Shown in pieces: positions 18,125 through 27,248 of a stretch of 32,000 bases of DNA. The number at the start of each line of letters is the position of its first letter. Positions within the stretch are counted from its first letter, which is position 1. The notes under the pieces were generated by a model. It was not told the origin of the DNA. It saw nothing but the letters and a program-made list of their open reading frames with translations, and made no database searches. Made by a program: the position numbers and the translations under genes. The stretch comes from Candidatus Saccharimonadota bacterium (GTDB taxonomy: Bacteria > Patescibacteriota > Microgenomatia > UBA1406 > GWC2-37-13), in NCBI GenBank assembly GCA_016699265.1, contig CP064967.1, positions 60,001-92,000 on the forward strand, written 5' to 3'.

Positions 18125-20401
18125 ATGAAGAAGTATATTCCCAGCGAAATTGAAAAAAAGTGGCAGGAGAAGTGGCGTAAGGAAAAAACCTTTAGCCCTA
18201 ATCTTGATACCGCAAAAAAGCCCTTCTACAGCCTCATGATGTTTCCTTACCCATCTGCAGAAGGTCTTCATGTGGGAAACATGTATGCATTTACTGGAAG
18301 CGATATCTTCTCTCGACTCAAGAGATTACAAGGTTTTGATGTATTTGAACCGATGGGGCTCGATGGTTTCGGGATTCATAGCGAGAACTATGCGATGAAG
18401 GTGAATAAACACCCTATGGATCTTTCTAAGGTCTCGGAGGAGAGATTTTATAAACAACTCGAATCCATTGGCAATGCATTTGATTGGGAACGAACGGTCG
18501 AAACCTATAAGCCTGAGTACTACAGGTGGACGCAGTGGATCTTCTTACAGATGTTTAAGCAAAAACTTGCGTACAAAAAAAAGGCTGAGGTAAATTGGTG
18601 TCCTTCCTGCAAAACGGTCTTAGCAGATGAGCAGGTGATTTCTGGGAAGTGTGAGCGGTGTTCGTCAGAGGTTGGCAAGAAGATGCTAGAGCAGTGGTTC
18701 TTTAGAATTACTGACTATGCGGACAGATTGCTTAAAAACCTTGACGGCCTAGATTGGTCTGAGAAAGTTAAGACGGCCCAACGTAACTGGATAGGAAAAA
18801 GTGAAGGAATGATTATTGATTTTGGAGGGATTGAGGTCTTTACTACAAAACCCGAGACTATTGATGGCGCAACGTTTTTAGTGCTAGCTCCTGAACATGA
18901 AAAAGTTGCAAAACTCACAACTCAAGAACAATCAACTCAGGTCAAGGAATACATTGAGATGGCCAAAAAACGCTCAGAGTTTGAGAGAAGCAATCTCAAG
19001 GAAAAGACAGGCGTATTTACAGGGTCGTATGCAGAGAATCCAGTGACAAAGAAACAGATTCCTGTCTGGATCGCTGACTATGTGCTGGTAGGATATGGTA
19101 CTGGTGCAATCATGGCTGTTCCGGATGGTGATGATAGGGATAGGGAGTTTGCCGAAAAATTCAAGTTACCAATTGAGAGCACAAGTTACGAAGCTAAACC
19201 GGAGGGGGTAAAGAGAGTCAATTACCATCTCAGAGATTGGTTAATTTCTCGTCAGCGCTACTGGGGACCACCGATCCCAATGATCTACTGCGATTCGTGC
19301 GGAACTGTCCCCGTGCCTGAAAAGGATTTACCTGTTGTTTTGCCGTACGTTGAGAACTTTCGCCCTACGGGTACGGGCGTATCTCCTTTAGCATCTAACG
19401 AAGAGTTTTATAAGGTAAACTGCCCTACCTGTGGTAAAGAAGCTCGTCGAGAAACCGATGTTTCGGATACATTTTTAGATTCTGCTTGGTATTTCCTAAG
19501 GTACCTTTCCACAGATGAAACGAAGCAGCCATGGAGCTCAGAGCGACTCAAAAACTGGATGCCAGTAAATACCTATATCGGTGGAGCAGAGCACTCAGTT
19601 CTACACCTTTTATACAGCAGATTCCTCAGTATGGTATTTAAAGATATGGGATTGATATCTCATTTTGAAGAGCCATTCACCCAATTTAGAGCACACGGTT
19701 TGATTATTTCCGAAGGAGCCAAAATGAGTAAATCGAAAGGTAATGTGATCAATCCTGACGATTTTATTCGGGACTATGGCGCAGATACACTACGCGTCTA
19801 CCTTATGTTTCTCGGCCCCTATGATCAGGGTGGAGATTTTCGTGAACAGGCAATAGTCGGTCCTTATAACTTCTTAAAGCGTATCTGGGATCTGCAGAAA
19901 AAAGTTGATGGCTCGACTCAGGAAGGGCTGGGGAATGAAGATAAACTATGGCTTAATAAAACATTGAAAAAGGTCGTGGATGACGTATTAGAGCTTAAAT
20001 TTAATACCGCAATTGCAACTCTCATGGAATGGCTAAACTTTTTATCTAAAAAGGAAAAGATTGCCGTCTCTGAGTACAAATTATTACTCATTCTCCTTGC
20101 TCCTTTCGCCCCACATATAACTGAGGAGATTTGGGAAATATTAGGAGAAAAATTATCCATCCATTTTCAAATGCTTCCATCTGTAGATGAAAACTCAATG
20201 GTTCAGAAGTATTTACGAATCCCTATTCAGGTAAATGGAAAGGTACGGGCCGTACTTCAGGTCTCAAATTCTGAGCTCGAAAAAGATAAAATTGTCAAAA
20301 AAGCACTATTAGAGGGCTCTGTGACAAGGCATATTGAAGGCAAGGCATATGAGATTATCTACCTTGAGGGAAAGGTGCTCAATTTCGTACTTTCTTCATA
20401 A
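18125..20401 (+). CDS. leuS: Leucyl-tRNA synthetase
   Basis: PYPSAEGLHVGN (HIGH region), CP1 editing motifs (TTKPETIDGATF, GTGAIMAVPDGDDRD), KMSKSKGN, 758 aa. Confidence 0.97.
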   Translation: MKKYIPSEIEKKWQEKWRKEKTFSPNLDTAKKPFYSLMMFPYPSAEGLHVGNMYAFTGSDIFSRLKRLQGFDVFEPMGLDGFGIHSENYAMKVNKHPMDLSKVSEERFYKQLESIGNAFDWERTVETYKPEYYRWTQWIFLQMFKQKLAYKKKAEVNWCPSCKTVLADEQVISGKCERCSSEVGKKMLEQWFFRITDYADRLLKNLDGLDWSEKVKTAQRNWIGKSEGMIIDFGGIEVFTTKPETIDGATFLVLAPEHEKVAKLTTQEQSTQVKEYIEMAKKRSEFERSNLKEKTGVFTGSYAENPVTKKQIPVWIADYVLVGYGTGAIMAVPDGDDRDREFAEKFKLPIESTSYEAKPEGVKRVNYHLRDWLISRQRYWGPPIPMIYCDSCGTVPVPEKDLPVVLPYVENFRPTGTGVSPLASNEEFYKVNCPTCGKEARRETDVSDTFLDSAWYFLRYLSTDETKQPWSSERLKNWMPVNTYIGGAEHSVLHLLYSRFLSMVFKDMGLISHFEEPFTQFRAHGLIISEGAKMSKSKGNVINPDDFIRDYGADTLRVYLMFLGPYDQGGDFREQAIVGPYNFLKRIWDLQKKVDGSTQEGLGNEDKLWLNKTLKKVVDDVLELKFNTAIATLMEWLNFLSKKEKIAVSEYKLLLILLAPFAPHITEEIWEILGEKLSIHFQMLPSVDENSMVQKYLRIPIQVNGKVRAVLQVSNSELEKDKIVKKALLEGSVTRHIEGKAYEIIYLEGKVLNFVLSS

Positions 20402-20537
20402 ACTATTAGATCTGGCTTGTTCTGGCAATCTCAATTAAAAACAAATTAATTGAACAAAAGTCGATAATTTTCTATCGAAGTGCATGTCGGCCAAGATTAC
20501 GTTTAGCAAAAGATAAGAAAATAATTGAGTATTTATT

Positions 20538-20546
20538 TGGTACAAT
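20538..20546 (+). promoter_or_regulatory. Extended -10 element TGgTACAAT upstream of tRNA-Gln
   Basis: The hexamer ends 11 nt before tRNA position 1. It is the same TGnTACAAT form seen upstream of secE. Confidence 0.45.
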
Positions 20547-20557
20547 GACGAAGATAT

Positions 20558-20631
20558 TGCCCGGTCGTCTAATGGCAGGACAGCAGATTCTGGATCTGCT
20601 TATCGGGGTTCGAGTCCCTGCTGGGCAGCCA
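20558..20631 (+). tRNA. tRNA-Gln (anticodon CUG), CCA encoded
   Basis: Folded by hand. Acceptor TGCCCGG/CTGGGCA has a U1-A72 pair and one G.U pair. D stem is GTC/GAC. Anticodon stem is GCAGA/TCTGC with loop TTCTGGA. T arm is CGGGG-TTCGAGT-CCCTG. Discriminator is G, then CCA. Confidence 0.85.
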
Positions 20632-21160
20632 TTCGACTCTTCAGTTCTCAGTTGTCTAATGCAATCTCAATGTGGGGAGGTTGATTCCGACTGAAGGATT
20701 GAGGATCTCCCTTATGGCAGCTCGCCCCTAATCATTTACGACAGATATACAGCCGTTCTGTGACTTCTTAGATATCCTTCGTGTATTCAAGCTTTAGGGC
20801 TCGGAAAAGATGTTGGCCTTTTAGCTAATTGATCTATTTAGCATGCTATCGATTTGTCTGATGATCCTGCGCATTGATGATTCGGACTATGTATTAGCCA
20901 AGTACGGACAAAACTCTGTTTTCTAATAGAATGAGTGATTTTAAAGCGAAGCCTTCGTATCTATTAAAAATAGAGCTCTCTTCATAATGCATACAGGAGA
21001 TATATCAACCAATTCATATCCCTTATTGTGAGACGTCGAATTTGAGTATATATACAGTTATATTCTGTCAATAAAGTCTAAAGAGCAATAATAAAAGATG
21101 TAAAATCTTTAACAATGCATACTTATAGTATATATATGTTAAATCCTCATCTTTTCAGGT

Positions 21161-21188
21161 TTCAAATTTAATTTTGTACGTGTATACT
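21161..21188 (+). promoter_or_regulatory. Candidate promoter TTCAAA-16 nt-TATACT, ending 7 nt before the ATG at 21196
   Basis: Hexamers read from the sequence, with no Shine-Dalgarno sequence. The background is AT-rich, so a chance match is possible. Confidence 0.35.
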
Positions 21189-21195
21189 GATCGTC

Positions 21196-22479
21196 ATGAA
21201 GCCTGTACTTACAACCTTAAAGAACGGTTTAAAGGTCTGTCTCATAGACACGAACTCTTTTCCAAGTCTGACCACGATACTTCTCGTAGGCGCAGGCTCT
21301 AGGTATGAAAATGCAAAGAATAATGGCATTGCCCACTTCTTTGAGCATATGGCATTTAAGGGATCCAAGAACTTTCCGGATTCATTCACGATCTCTTCGA
21401 CTATCGAGGGTTTAGGGGGAGTGTTTAACGCCTTCACCTCAAAAGACCATACCGGCTACTGGATTAAAGCAACGAACGATCATTTCGAGACAGTCTTAGC
21501 TGTGCTCTCAGATATGATCATGAACTCATTTCTTCTTGAGGATGAAATAAATCGAGAAAAAGGTGTAATTGTGGAGGAAATTAACATGTATGAAGATACT
21601 CCTAGGTGGAAGAGTGGAGATTTATTCGAAGAGCTTATGTATAAAGGGAGTTCTTTGGGGATGGACATAGCGGGCACAAGAGATACCGTAACCAACTTCA
21701 ACAGGAAGACCTTTACCGACTACATGGATGAGCTTTATCACCCGAATAACGCTGTTTTGGTCGTGGCAGGGGGATTTGGAAAGGGCAAGGCAGACTACAT
21801 TAAGAAAATTGAAGAGCGGTTCGGAGGTTGGGAAAGCAAGAAGGTTAAAGGCACATACGGAGTTTTTAAGAAGATTCAGACGAGCCCACAAATACTTATT
21901 CATTCTAAAAAAACCGAGCAAACTCATTTTTGTTTAGGCTTTCACAGCTACAATATCGATGATAAAAGGAAGTATCCACTAGCTCTTCTGTCAACAATTC
22001 TGGGTGGTGGAATGTCCTCTCGTCTTTTCATGCAGGTGCGAGAACGAAGAGGGCTGTGCTACTACATCTCAACCGGTCGTACAAGTTATAAGGATGTTGG
22101 AAATTTCGTAACCTCTGCGGGAGTGACGAATAATCTAGAAAAAACAAAGGAAGCAATTAGAGTTACTCTTGAGGAGCATAAAAAGACAACAATGGGAGAT
22201 ATTACGGACGTAGAAATTAAAAGAGCTAAAGACCTAATAAAGGGAAGAACCATACTGTCTATGGAGGACTCTCAGAACGTTTCATTATATTTTGGCTTGG
22301 AAATGCTTCTGCAAAATAAATCCACCACGCCTGAGGAGATGATAGAGACAGTACAGAAAGTGACCAAAGACGAGATTCTAAGCGTGGCTAAGGATGTGTT
22401 TAACCGAAACAATATTAACCTTTCGTTGATTGGTCCTTTTAAAGAGGGAGATATCACGGCTGAGGACCTCCAGATTTAA
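21196..22479 (+). CDS. M16 (pitrilysin/insulinase) family zinc peptidase
   Basis: Inverted zinc motif HFFEH (HxxEH) followed by MAFKGS, then downstream EE..NM.ED. ~427 aa, typical of the family. Confidence 0.9.
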   Translation: MKPVLTTLKNGLKVCLIDTNSFPSLTTILLVGAGSRYENAKNNGIAHFFEHMAFKGSKNFPDSFTISSTIEGLGGVFNAFTSKDHTGYWIKATNDHFETVLAVLSDMIMNSFLLEDEINREKGVIVEEINMYEDTPRWKSGDLFEELMYKGSSLGMDIAGTRDTVTNFNRKTFTDYMDELYHPNNAVLVVAGGFGKGKADYIKKIEERFGGWESKKVKGTYGVFKKIQTSPQILIHSKKTEQTHFCLGFHSYNIDDKRKYPLALLSTILGGGMSSRLFMQVRERRGLCYYISTGRTSYKDVGNFVTSAGVTNNLEKTKEAIRVTLEEHKKTTMGDITDVEIKRAKDLIKGRTILSMEDSQNVSLYFGLEMLLQNKSTTPEEMIETVQKVTKDEILSVAKDVFNRNNINLSLIGPFKEGDITAEDLQI

Positions 22480-22529
22480 TCCTCCTACGCAAACCCACAT
22501 ACCAGCAAACAGGGCTACAGCGAGCAAGG

Positions 22530-22558
22530 TTGACAGGCTAATCCTTAACCCATATGAT
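22530..22558 (+). promoter_or_regulatory. Near-consensus sigma70-type promoter TTGACA-17 nt-TATGAT for the prepilin peptidase gene
   Basis: -35 at 22530-22535 and -10 at 22553-22558. The ATG at 22567 is only 8 nt after the -10, with no Shine-Dalgarno sequence, so a leaderless mRNA is predicted. Confidence 0.55.
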
Positions 22559-22566
22559 TATCTACA

Positions 22567-23328
22567 ATGATTCTGAGCTTCTTATTTATTCTCGGTCTAG
22601 CTGTGGGCTCGTTTTTAAATGTACTTATTGATAGGCTACCAAACGACCAAGGTCTCCTTGGACGATCCTACTGCGATTACTGTAAAAAAACACTACAGCC
22701 ACAGGACCTTATTCCTGTTTTCTCGTACGCTTTTCTTCGAGGAAGATGTAGATACTGTCAAAAAAGACTCCAGATTCAATACCCTTTAATAGAGTTGTTG
22801 ACTGGAGTGGTATTTATGCTAACGTGGTTATCATTCTCACAGGGAGGTCTTGGATACCAAATTTATACGATCGTCTTAATTTCTATTTTGATAGCAATGT
22901 TCTTTAGTGATCTTAAGTATCAAATTCTTCCCGATGAGGAGCAACTTGCTTTATTTATAGTAGGTTTAGCATATCTAATTGCTACAAACGTGCCTATACC
23001 ACAGATTGCAGAGCGTTTCGTACTTAGTTTTGTAGCTATGATGCCCCTTCTTTTGTTATTTCTAGCTACGAAAGGAAGGGGAATGGGATTTGGCGACGTA
23101 AAACTATTGTTTATATTTGGATTCCTCTTTGAACTACAAGGTGCCTTCATAATTTTGTATGTGGCATTTATAACTGGAGGCTTTTTTGGTCTTGTAGCTA
23201 TTTTGTTGCGTAAAACTAAGATGAAAAGTAAGATAGCCTTTGGGCCATTTCTTATTTTAGGTGCTATTTTATATCTTTTTTATACTAAGTACTTTATAAC
23301 AGAGTTCAATACTATATTGGGCATATAA
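22567..23328 (+). CDS. pilD: Type IV prepilin leader peptidase (A24 family)
   Basis: GSFLNVLIDRLP, the Cys pairs CDYC..CRYC, YPLIELLTG, GMGFGDVKL (catalytic Asp context), and a polytopic membrane profile. Confidence 0.9.
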   Translation: MILSFLFILGLAVGSFLNVLIDRLPNDQGLLGRSYCDYCKKTLQPQDLIPVFSYAFLRGRCRYCQKRLQIQYPLIELLTGVVFMLTWLSFSQGGLGYQIYTIVLISILIAMFFSDLKYQILPDEEQLALFIVGLAYLIATNVPIPQIAERFVLSFVAMMPLLLLFLATKGRGMGFGDVKLLFIFGFLFELQGAFIILYVAFITGGFFGLVAILLRKTKMKSKIAFGPFLILGAILYLFYTKYFITEFNTILGI

Positions 23329-23855
23329 AATACGTTCATAACTCTTCATAAAATTCTAGATTGCCATTTGATCAACCGGTGCATAGATTTCTGAAGCTAT
23401 TTATATTATTAATATAATTGTACAAATACTCCAATATGAAAGGTTGTATTATAGAATATTTACTATATATAAATGATTGATAAAAGAAATATGTATTTAT
23501 GCTATCTGCGATTTTGTAGTTCTTCTCTGAAATAAATAAGAACCTTTTTGGGTCTTCGTAAAAGAAATATATCTTCCTCTATCGAGTCATAAAAAAAACT
23601 AATAAGTTCTTACTTTGAAGAGTTAATTCTCGATTAAAGATTCAACTTGATTATTGATAAAAGAAGAGAAAAATATTGTCAAAATTATTAAATACTATTT
23701 GCGTAAAAATATCCTTAAGAAAATCGAATAAAATCCTTCTTTAAGGACCAACAAAGTTTATTCAATTTTCTATTCTAAAAAACATCATAAAAAAGAAAAA
23801 ATATACTGATCAAAATTTGTTAACAAATAGCATTTTTGGTTATTAATCTGTATAT

Positions 23856-23877
23856 TCGTACATCTTTCGTACATCTT
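23856..23877. repeat. Perfect 11-bp tandem direct repeat TCGTACATCTT x2
   Basis: Read directly from the sequence. It lies in the AT-rich spacer ~270 bp upstream of the giant gene. Confidence 0.7.
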
Positions 23878-24032
23878 TAAATATCCAGGAAATATACTAA
23901 CTCCAAATTATCAATGATGCAGTTTGATATAGAAGCTTAATAATGAGAGTTGCTGATCTTATTGAGTAACTATAAAATGCTTTACAGAGCTTTGGGGCTT
24001 TACATAGACTCATATAATTGAGAAAAGTGGAA

Positions 24033-24062
24033 ATCTATGCATTGCTTACTCAATGCATAGAT
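24033..24062. promoter_or_regulatory. Perfect inverted repeat ATCTATGCATTG-(6 nt)-CAATGCATAGAT, candidate operator
   Basis: 12-bp arms read on both strands. It lies 21 nt upstream of the -35 hexamer of the giant-gene promoter. Confidence 0.45.
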
Positions 24063-24082
24063 ATTTGAAGCTAAAATGCCTC

Positions 24083-24112
24083 TTGACAAGCGTTGCGTAG
24101 ATTTGTTCTAAT
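24083..24112 (+). promoter_or_regulatory. Promoter of the HTH-TM-repeat gene: TTGACA-18 nt-TGtTCTAAT
   Basis: Consensus -35 at 24083-24088, and a 5/6 -10 at 24107-24112 with a TGn extension. An alternative reading is TTGACA-20 nt-TAATAA (24109-24114), a MerR-like long spacer. The ATG is at 24143. Confidence 0.55.
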
Positions 24113-24142
24113 AAATCTTAGATCAATTATTCGCATAATTAC

Positions 24143-26209
24143 ATGAGCACGAGCCCTACATTAAAACCTAAAAAAAACCTAGTATCTATTGGTAAAGCTG
24201 CAGAGATTTTAGGGGTGTCAATAGACGCCATAAGAAGATGGGATAAAGCAGGGGCAATTCACACGTATAGAGAAGAAGGAAAAGCGAGAAGATTTTCATT
24301 AGATGAGTTGAGGGAAATGAAGGCCTCAAAACCACTCAGCATTTCCGAAGCAGCGATCAAATTAGGTGTATCAGCATCCACACTAAGAAGGATTGAAAAG
24401 AAGGGTCTATTAGTTCCTCAAAGAAATTCTATAGGTGAACGAGAATATTCACGAAATTCAATCAAGACTTATATGGCCAGAGAGGGCCAACAAAACAAGG
24501 GCGTGCCTCTTAGTACGAACGATGCTATCGAAACTGAAATTGACCAAATTCCTGTGCCTGCAAGGGTATTAATCGATAATTCTGTATATGCTTCAGAGAA
24601 GGCTAGAGAGTTTCCCGTATATGAGCCAAGAGCGGCAGGGATGTTTGCTTCTGAATCTGAATCTGCAAGGAACGAAGTAGAGCCGAGAATCGCAGATGCT
24701 GCCATCCGAAAAATCAGCAGGACACAGTATAAATTTAACGCTCGCAACATATTCATGGCTACCTCAATGCTTGGTTTCATAGCAATGCTTGTGTTCGGAG
24801 CTATAGGCGCTCAGACAGTATTCAACTCCGTAACTAAGGACAGAGCTGTTGCAGTTAGACTTAATTTTGAAAAAGTAGATAAACAGCCACAGGTTCTTGC
24901 GGCCAGCACAGATAAAGGTCTATTAAGCAGAATTAATGATTCACTATCTCAGTTACTAGCTCGGTTGCCTTGGAGTTCATCAGCAAATAAGAACGTATCC
25001 ATTGTGGCTCAGGTTAAGAAAGATGCTCAAGTAAATATTGCAGACGTACAAAAAGCCCTTGCATCAAGTGCTATTTCTGAAAAAGAAACGATCTATTTTG
25101 CCATACCCGCGGTCTTTCAAAAAAATATTACAGCCCCTAATGTAATATATAGTGTCACTGCTGGAACAGGAGTTACTATTACTGGAGATACTCAGAACCC
25201 AGTCATAAACGCCGTTTCTTCTACAGTTGCTTCTGGAGTATCGTCACTACAAGGTTCAACGGGATCGGTAGTGTTAACTGCAGGATCAGGCATTTCTATC
25301 GACGGTCTTACCATCAGCTCCTCCATCTCTTCATCTACAGAACAAACGTTTAATACGATTTCTGTAAGTGGACAATCGGATGTGGTAGCCGATAGCTCAA
25401 CAGACACCCTCACATTAACGGCTGGTACTGGAATAGTTATAACGACAGATGCATCGGGCGACATTGTAACGATTACAAATTCAGGTAGTTCAAGTGCCTC
25501 AGGTTTTATAGATAATGGTACGGTCGTGAGTTTAACAACCTCAACCGACAATGTAACGCTTGGTTCTACTACGGATCTTGCAAAACTTGGGATTGATGGA
25601 GAGGCGGATGAGATTCAACTTCTCGTTCAAGGAAACTCAACACAGACAACAAGTCTCATAGTTGCTGAAAATTCATCTGGGACAGATGTATATACAGTAA
25701 GTAATACTGGAGACGTAGTTCAAACCGGTTCCTTAACCTTCTCATCAGTCGGAACTGATATAACAACGGGATCTGGGGAGGATTTAACAGTTGTAGCAAA
25801 TGGGATAGGAATTATTAATCTAAATGACAATGTCGTTATCACTGGAACCACAGATCTTCAAGGTAACGTTTCAAACTCAACTGGAACTCTGACTTTTGCA
25901 GACAACGTCTCTGTAACGGGTAGCACAACCCTTGGAGATAACACCAGTGACACCATAACCTTTAATGCAGGTGTATCAGGTGCAGGTATATCATTTGCCT
26001 CCTCAACATTTGGAACATGTACCGCCCTTGAGACAGTCGGTGGAGTCTTGACCTGCGGATCTGATGCTGGTGGATCAGACTCAGGTTGGATTGATGGTGG
26101 ATCAAACGTCTATCTTATTACCTCCTCTGACAATGTAGGTATTGGAACAACAGCACCTGGGGCCAAGGAAAACTACAGATCGCTGGTGATACGGATGAAA
26201 TTCAACTAG
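24143..26209 (+). CDS. Bitopic membrane protein: 2x MerR/excisionase-like HTH, one TM helix, then a beta-strand-repeat ectodomain (first segment of a much longer reading frame)
   Basis: HTH-like units at aa 13-58 and 64-110, and a TM helix IFMATSMLGFIAMLVFGAIGAQTVF (aa 203-227, nt 24749-24823). The rest is S/T/G/N-rich with LTAG[TS]G.. repeats. The stop at 26207 is reached only after a frame slip at the A4 run 26169-26172. Confidence 0.85.
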   Translation: MSTSPTLKPKKNLVSIGKAAEILGVSIDAIRRWDKAGAIHTYREEGKARRFSLDELREMKASKPLSISEAAIKLGVSASTLRRIEKKGLLVPQRNSIGEREYSRNSIKTYMAREGQQNKGVPLSTNDAIETEIDQIPVPARVLIDNSVYASEKAREFPVYEPRAAGMFASESESARNEVEPRIADAAIRKISRTQYKFNARNIFMATSMLGFIAMLVFGAIGAQTVFNSVTKDRAVAVRLNFEKVDKQPQVLAASTDKGLLSRINDSLSQLLARLPWSSSANKNVSIVAQVKKDAQVNIADVQKALASSAISEKETIYFAIPAVFQKNITAPNVIYSVTAGTGVTITGDTQNPVINAVSSTVASGVSSLQGSTGSVVLTAGSGISIDGLTISSSISSSTEQTFNTISVSGQSDVVADSSTDTLTLTAGTGIVITTDASGDIVTITNSGSSSASGFIDNGTVVSLTTSTDNVTLGSTTDLAKLGIDGEADEIQLLVQGNSTQTTSLIVAENSSGTDVYTVSNTGDVVQTGSLTFSSVGTDITTGSGEDLTVVANGIGIINLNDNVVITGTTDLQGNVSNSTGTLTFADNVSVTGSTTLGDNTSDTITFNAGVSGAGISFASSTFGTCTALETVGGVLTCGSDAGGSDSGWIDGGSNVYLITSSDNVGIGTTAPGAKENYRSLVIRMKFN

Positions 26210-26576
26210 TTGTAACCGGCAATGCTACTCAAACCTCAAATCTTCTCACTCTCGAACAGTTTGGTGGTACGGATGTATTCACCGTTACTAATGCAGGTAA
26301 TGTAACTATCTCTGGTTCAGTCTCTGCTGGATCACTAACTGTTGGAGGGGACACCATCACAGACTTTACAGGTACAGGACTTAGTGCAGCTGGTAACACA
26401 CTTGTCACCACACTTGGTACCTCAATCTCAAACGGGGAGCTTGATAACTCTACAATCACCTTTGCTGGTGACTTAGGCTCCTCAACAACAGCATTAGGTG
26501 CTACAAGAACAATCTCAGGTGGTACAAACGGTATTGACACCTCAGACAACAATGCAGTGTACCTTAACCATTAACT

Positions 26577-27248
26577 TTGACTCTGCAGAGGTTGGAACCA
26601 CCACCTTTGGTTCAGGGTCTGCTTTTGCCTGGACCTTTGACTCAACTGCTGGAACCGATACCTCAATTGCCTTTGGATCTAACTCTCAGATCTTCACCTC
26701 AGGTACTGCTTCATTCTCAGGAAGACTTGGTAACAACCACTCCTACCGTTTCACTTGATGTTGTTGGTTCAGGTCTATTCTCCCAGAACCTTACAGTCAC
26801 TGGATCAGTCTCTGCTGGATCACTAACTGTTGGAGGGGACACCATCACAGACTTTACAGGTACAGGACTTAGTGCAGCTGGTAACACACTTGTCACCACC
26901 CTTGGTACCTCAATCTCAAACGGGGAGCTTGATAACTCTACAATCACCTTTGCTGGTGACTTAGGCTCCTCAACAACAGCATTAGGTGCTACAAGAACAA
27001 TCTCAGGTGGTACAAACGGTATTGACACCTCAGACAACAATGCCGGTACCTTAACCATTAACTTTGACTCTACAGAGGTTGGAACCACCACCTTTGGTTC
27101 AGGATCTGCTTTTGCCTGGACCTTTGACTCAACTGCTGGAACCGATACCTCAATTGCCTTTGGATCTAACTCTCAGATCTTTACCTCAGGTACTGCTTCA
27201 TTCTCAGGAAGACATTGGTACAACCGCTCCTCTGGAGTCTTCAACTAA
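26577..27248 (+). pseudogene. Repeat-protein fragment (first ~55 codons off-frame, remainder sense B module)
   Basis: The sense part reads PTVSLDVVGSGLFSQNLTVTGSVSAGSLTVGGDTITDF...TASFSGR. Confidence 0.55.

Noticed and set aside
20632-20830. TGA-recoded gene (code 4/25) in the spacer after tRNA-Gln, where three in-frame blocks are separated only by TGA
   Set aside because: Many well-conserved genes in the window end at TGA at the expected length (for example the P-type ATPase and trpS). The candidate frame also hits a TAG shortly afterwards.
20558-21195. Integrated mobile element at tRNA-Gln
   Set aside because: There is no integrase, no recognisable direct repeat of the tRNA 3' end downstream, and the region is only ~560 bp.
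1261-22457. Antisense or alternative-frame ORFs inside well-supported genes (for example 1261-1848 -, 2684-2944 -, 3268-3471 -, 4240-4545 +, 7418-7624 -, 7435-7617 +, 8416-8601 -, 9023-9250 +, 10630-10872 +, 11954-12322 -, 13555-13857 +, 14011-14397 +, 15345-15599 +, 16190-16441 -, 18715-18918 -, 19918-20160 -, 21168-21437 -, 21622-21927 -, 22920-23150 -)
   Set aside because: Each lies wholly within, or largely overlaps, a gene with clear family signatures on the other strand or in another frame. Their translations are low-complexity or have unusual composition.
23329-24142. Replication origin in the AT-rich spacer
   Set aside because: I could not find DnaA-box-like TTATCCACA/TGTGGATAA motifs, and no dnaA or dnaN lies nearby.
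26169-26172. Phase-variable switch at the A run that ends the first ORF
   Set aside because: A run of four A is far shorter than known slipped-strand contingency tracts. Similar 1-2-nt losses occur at many non-homopolymer sites in the array.
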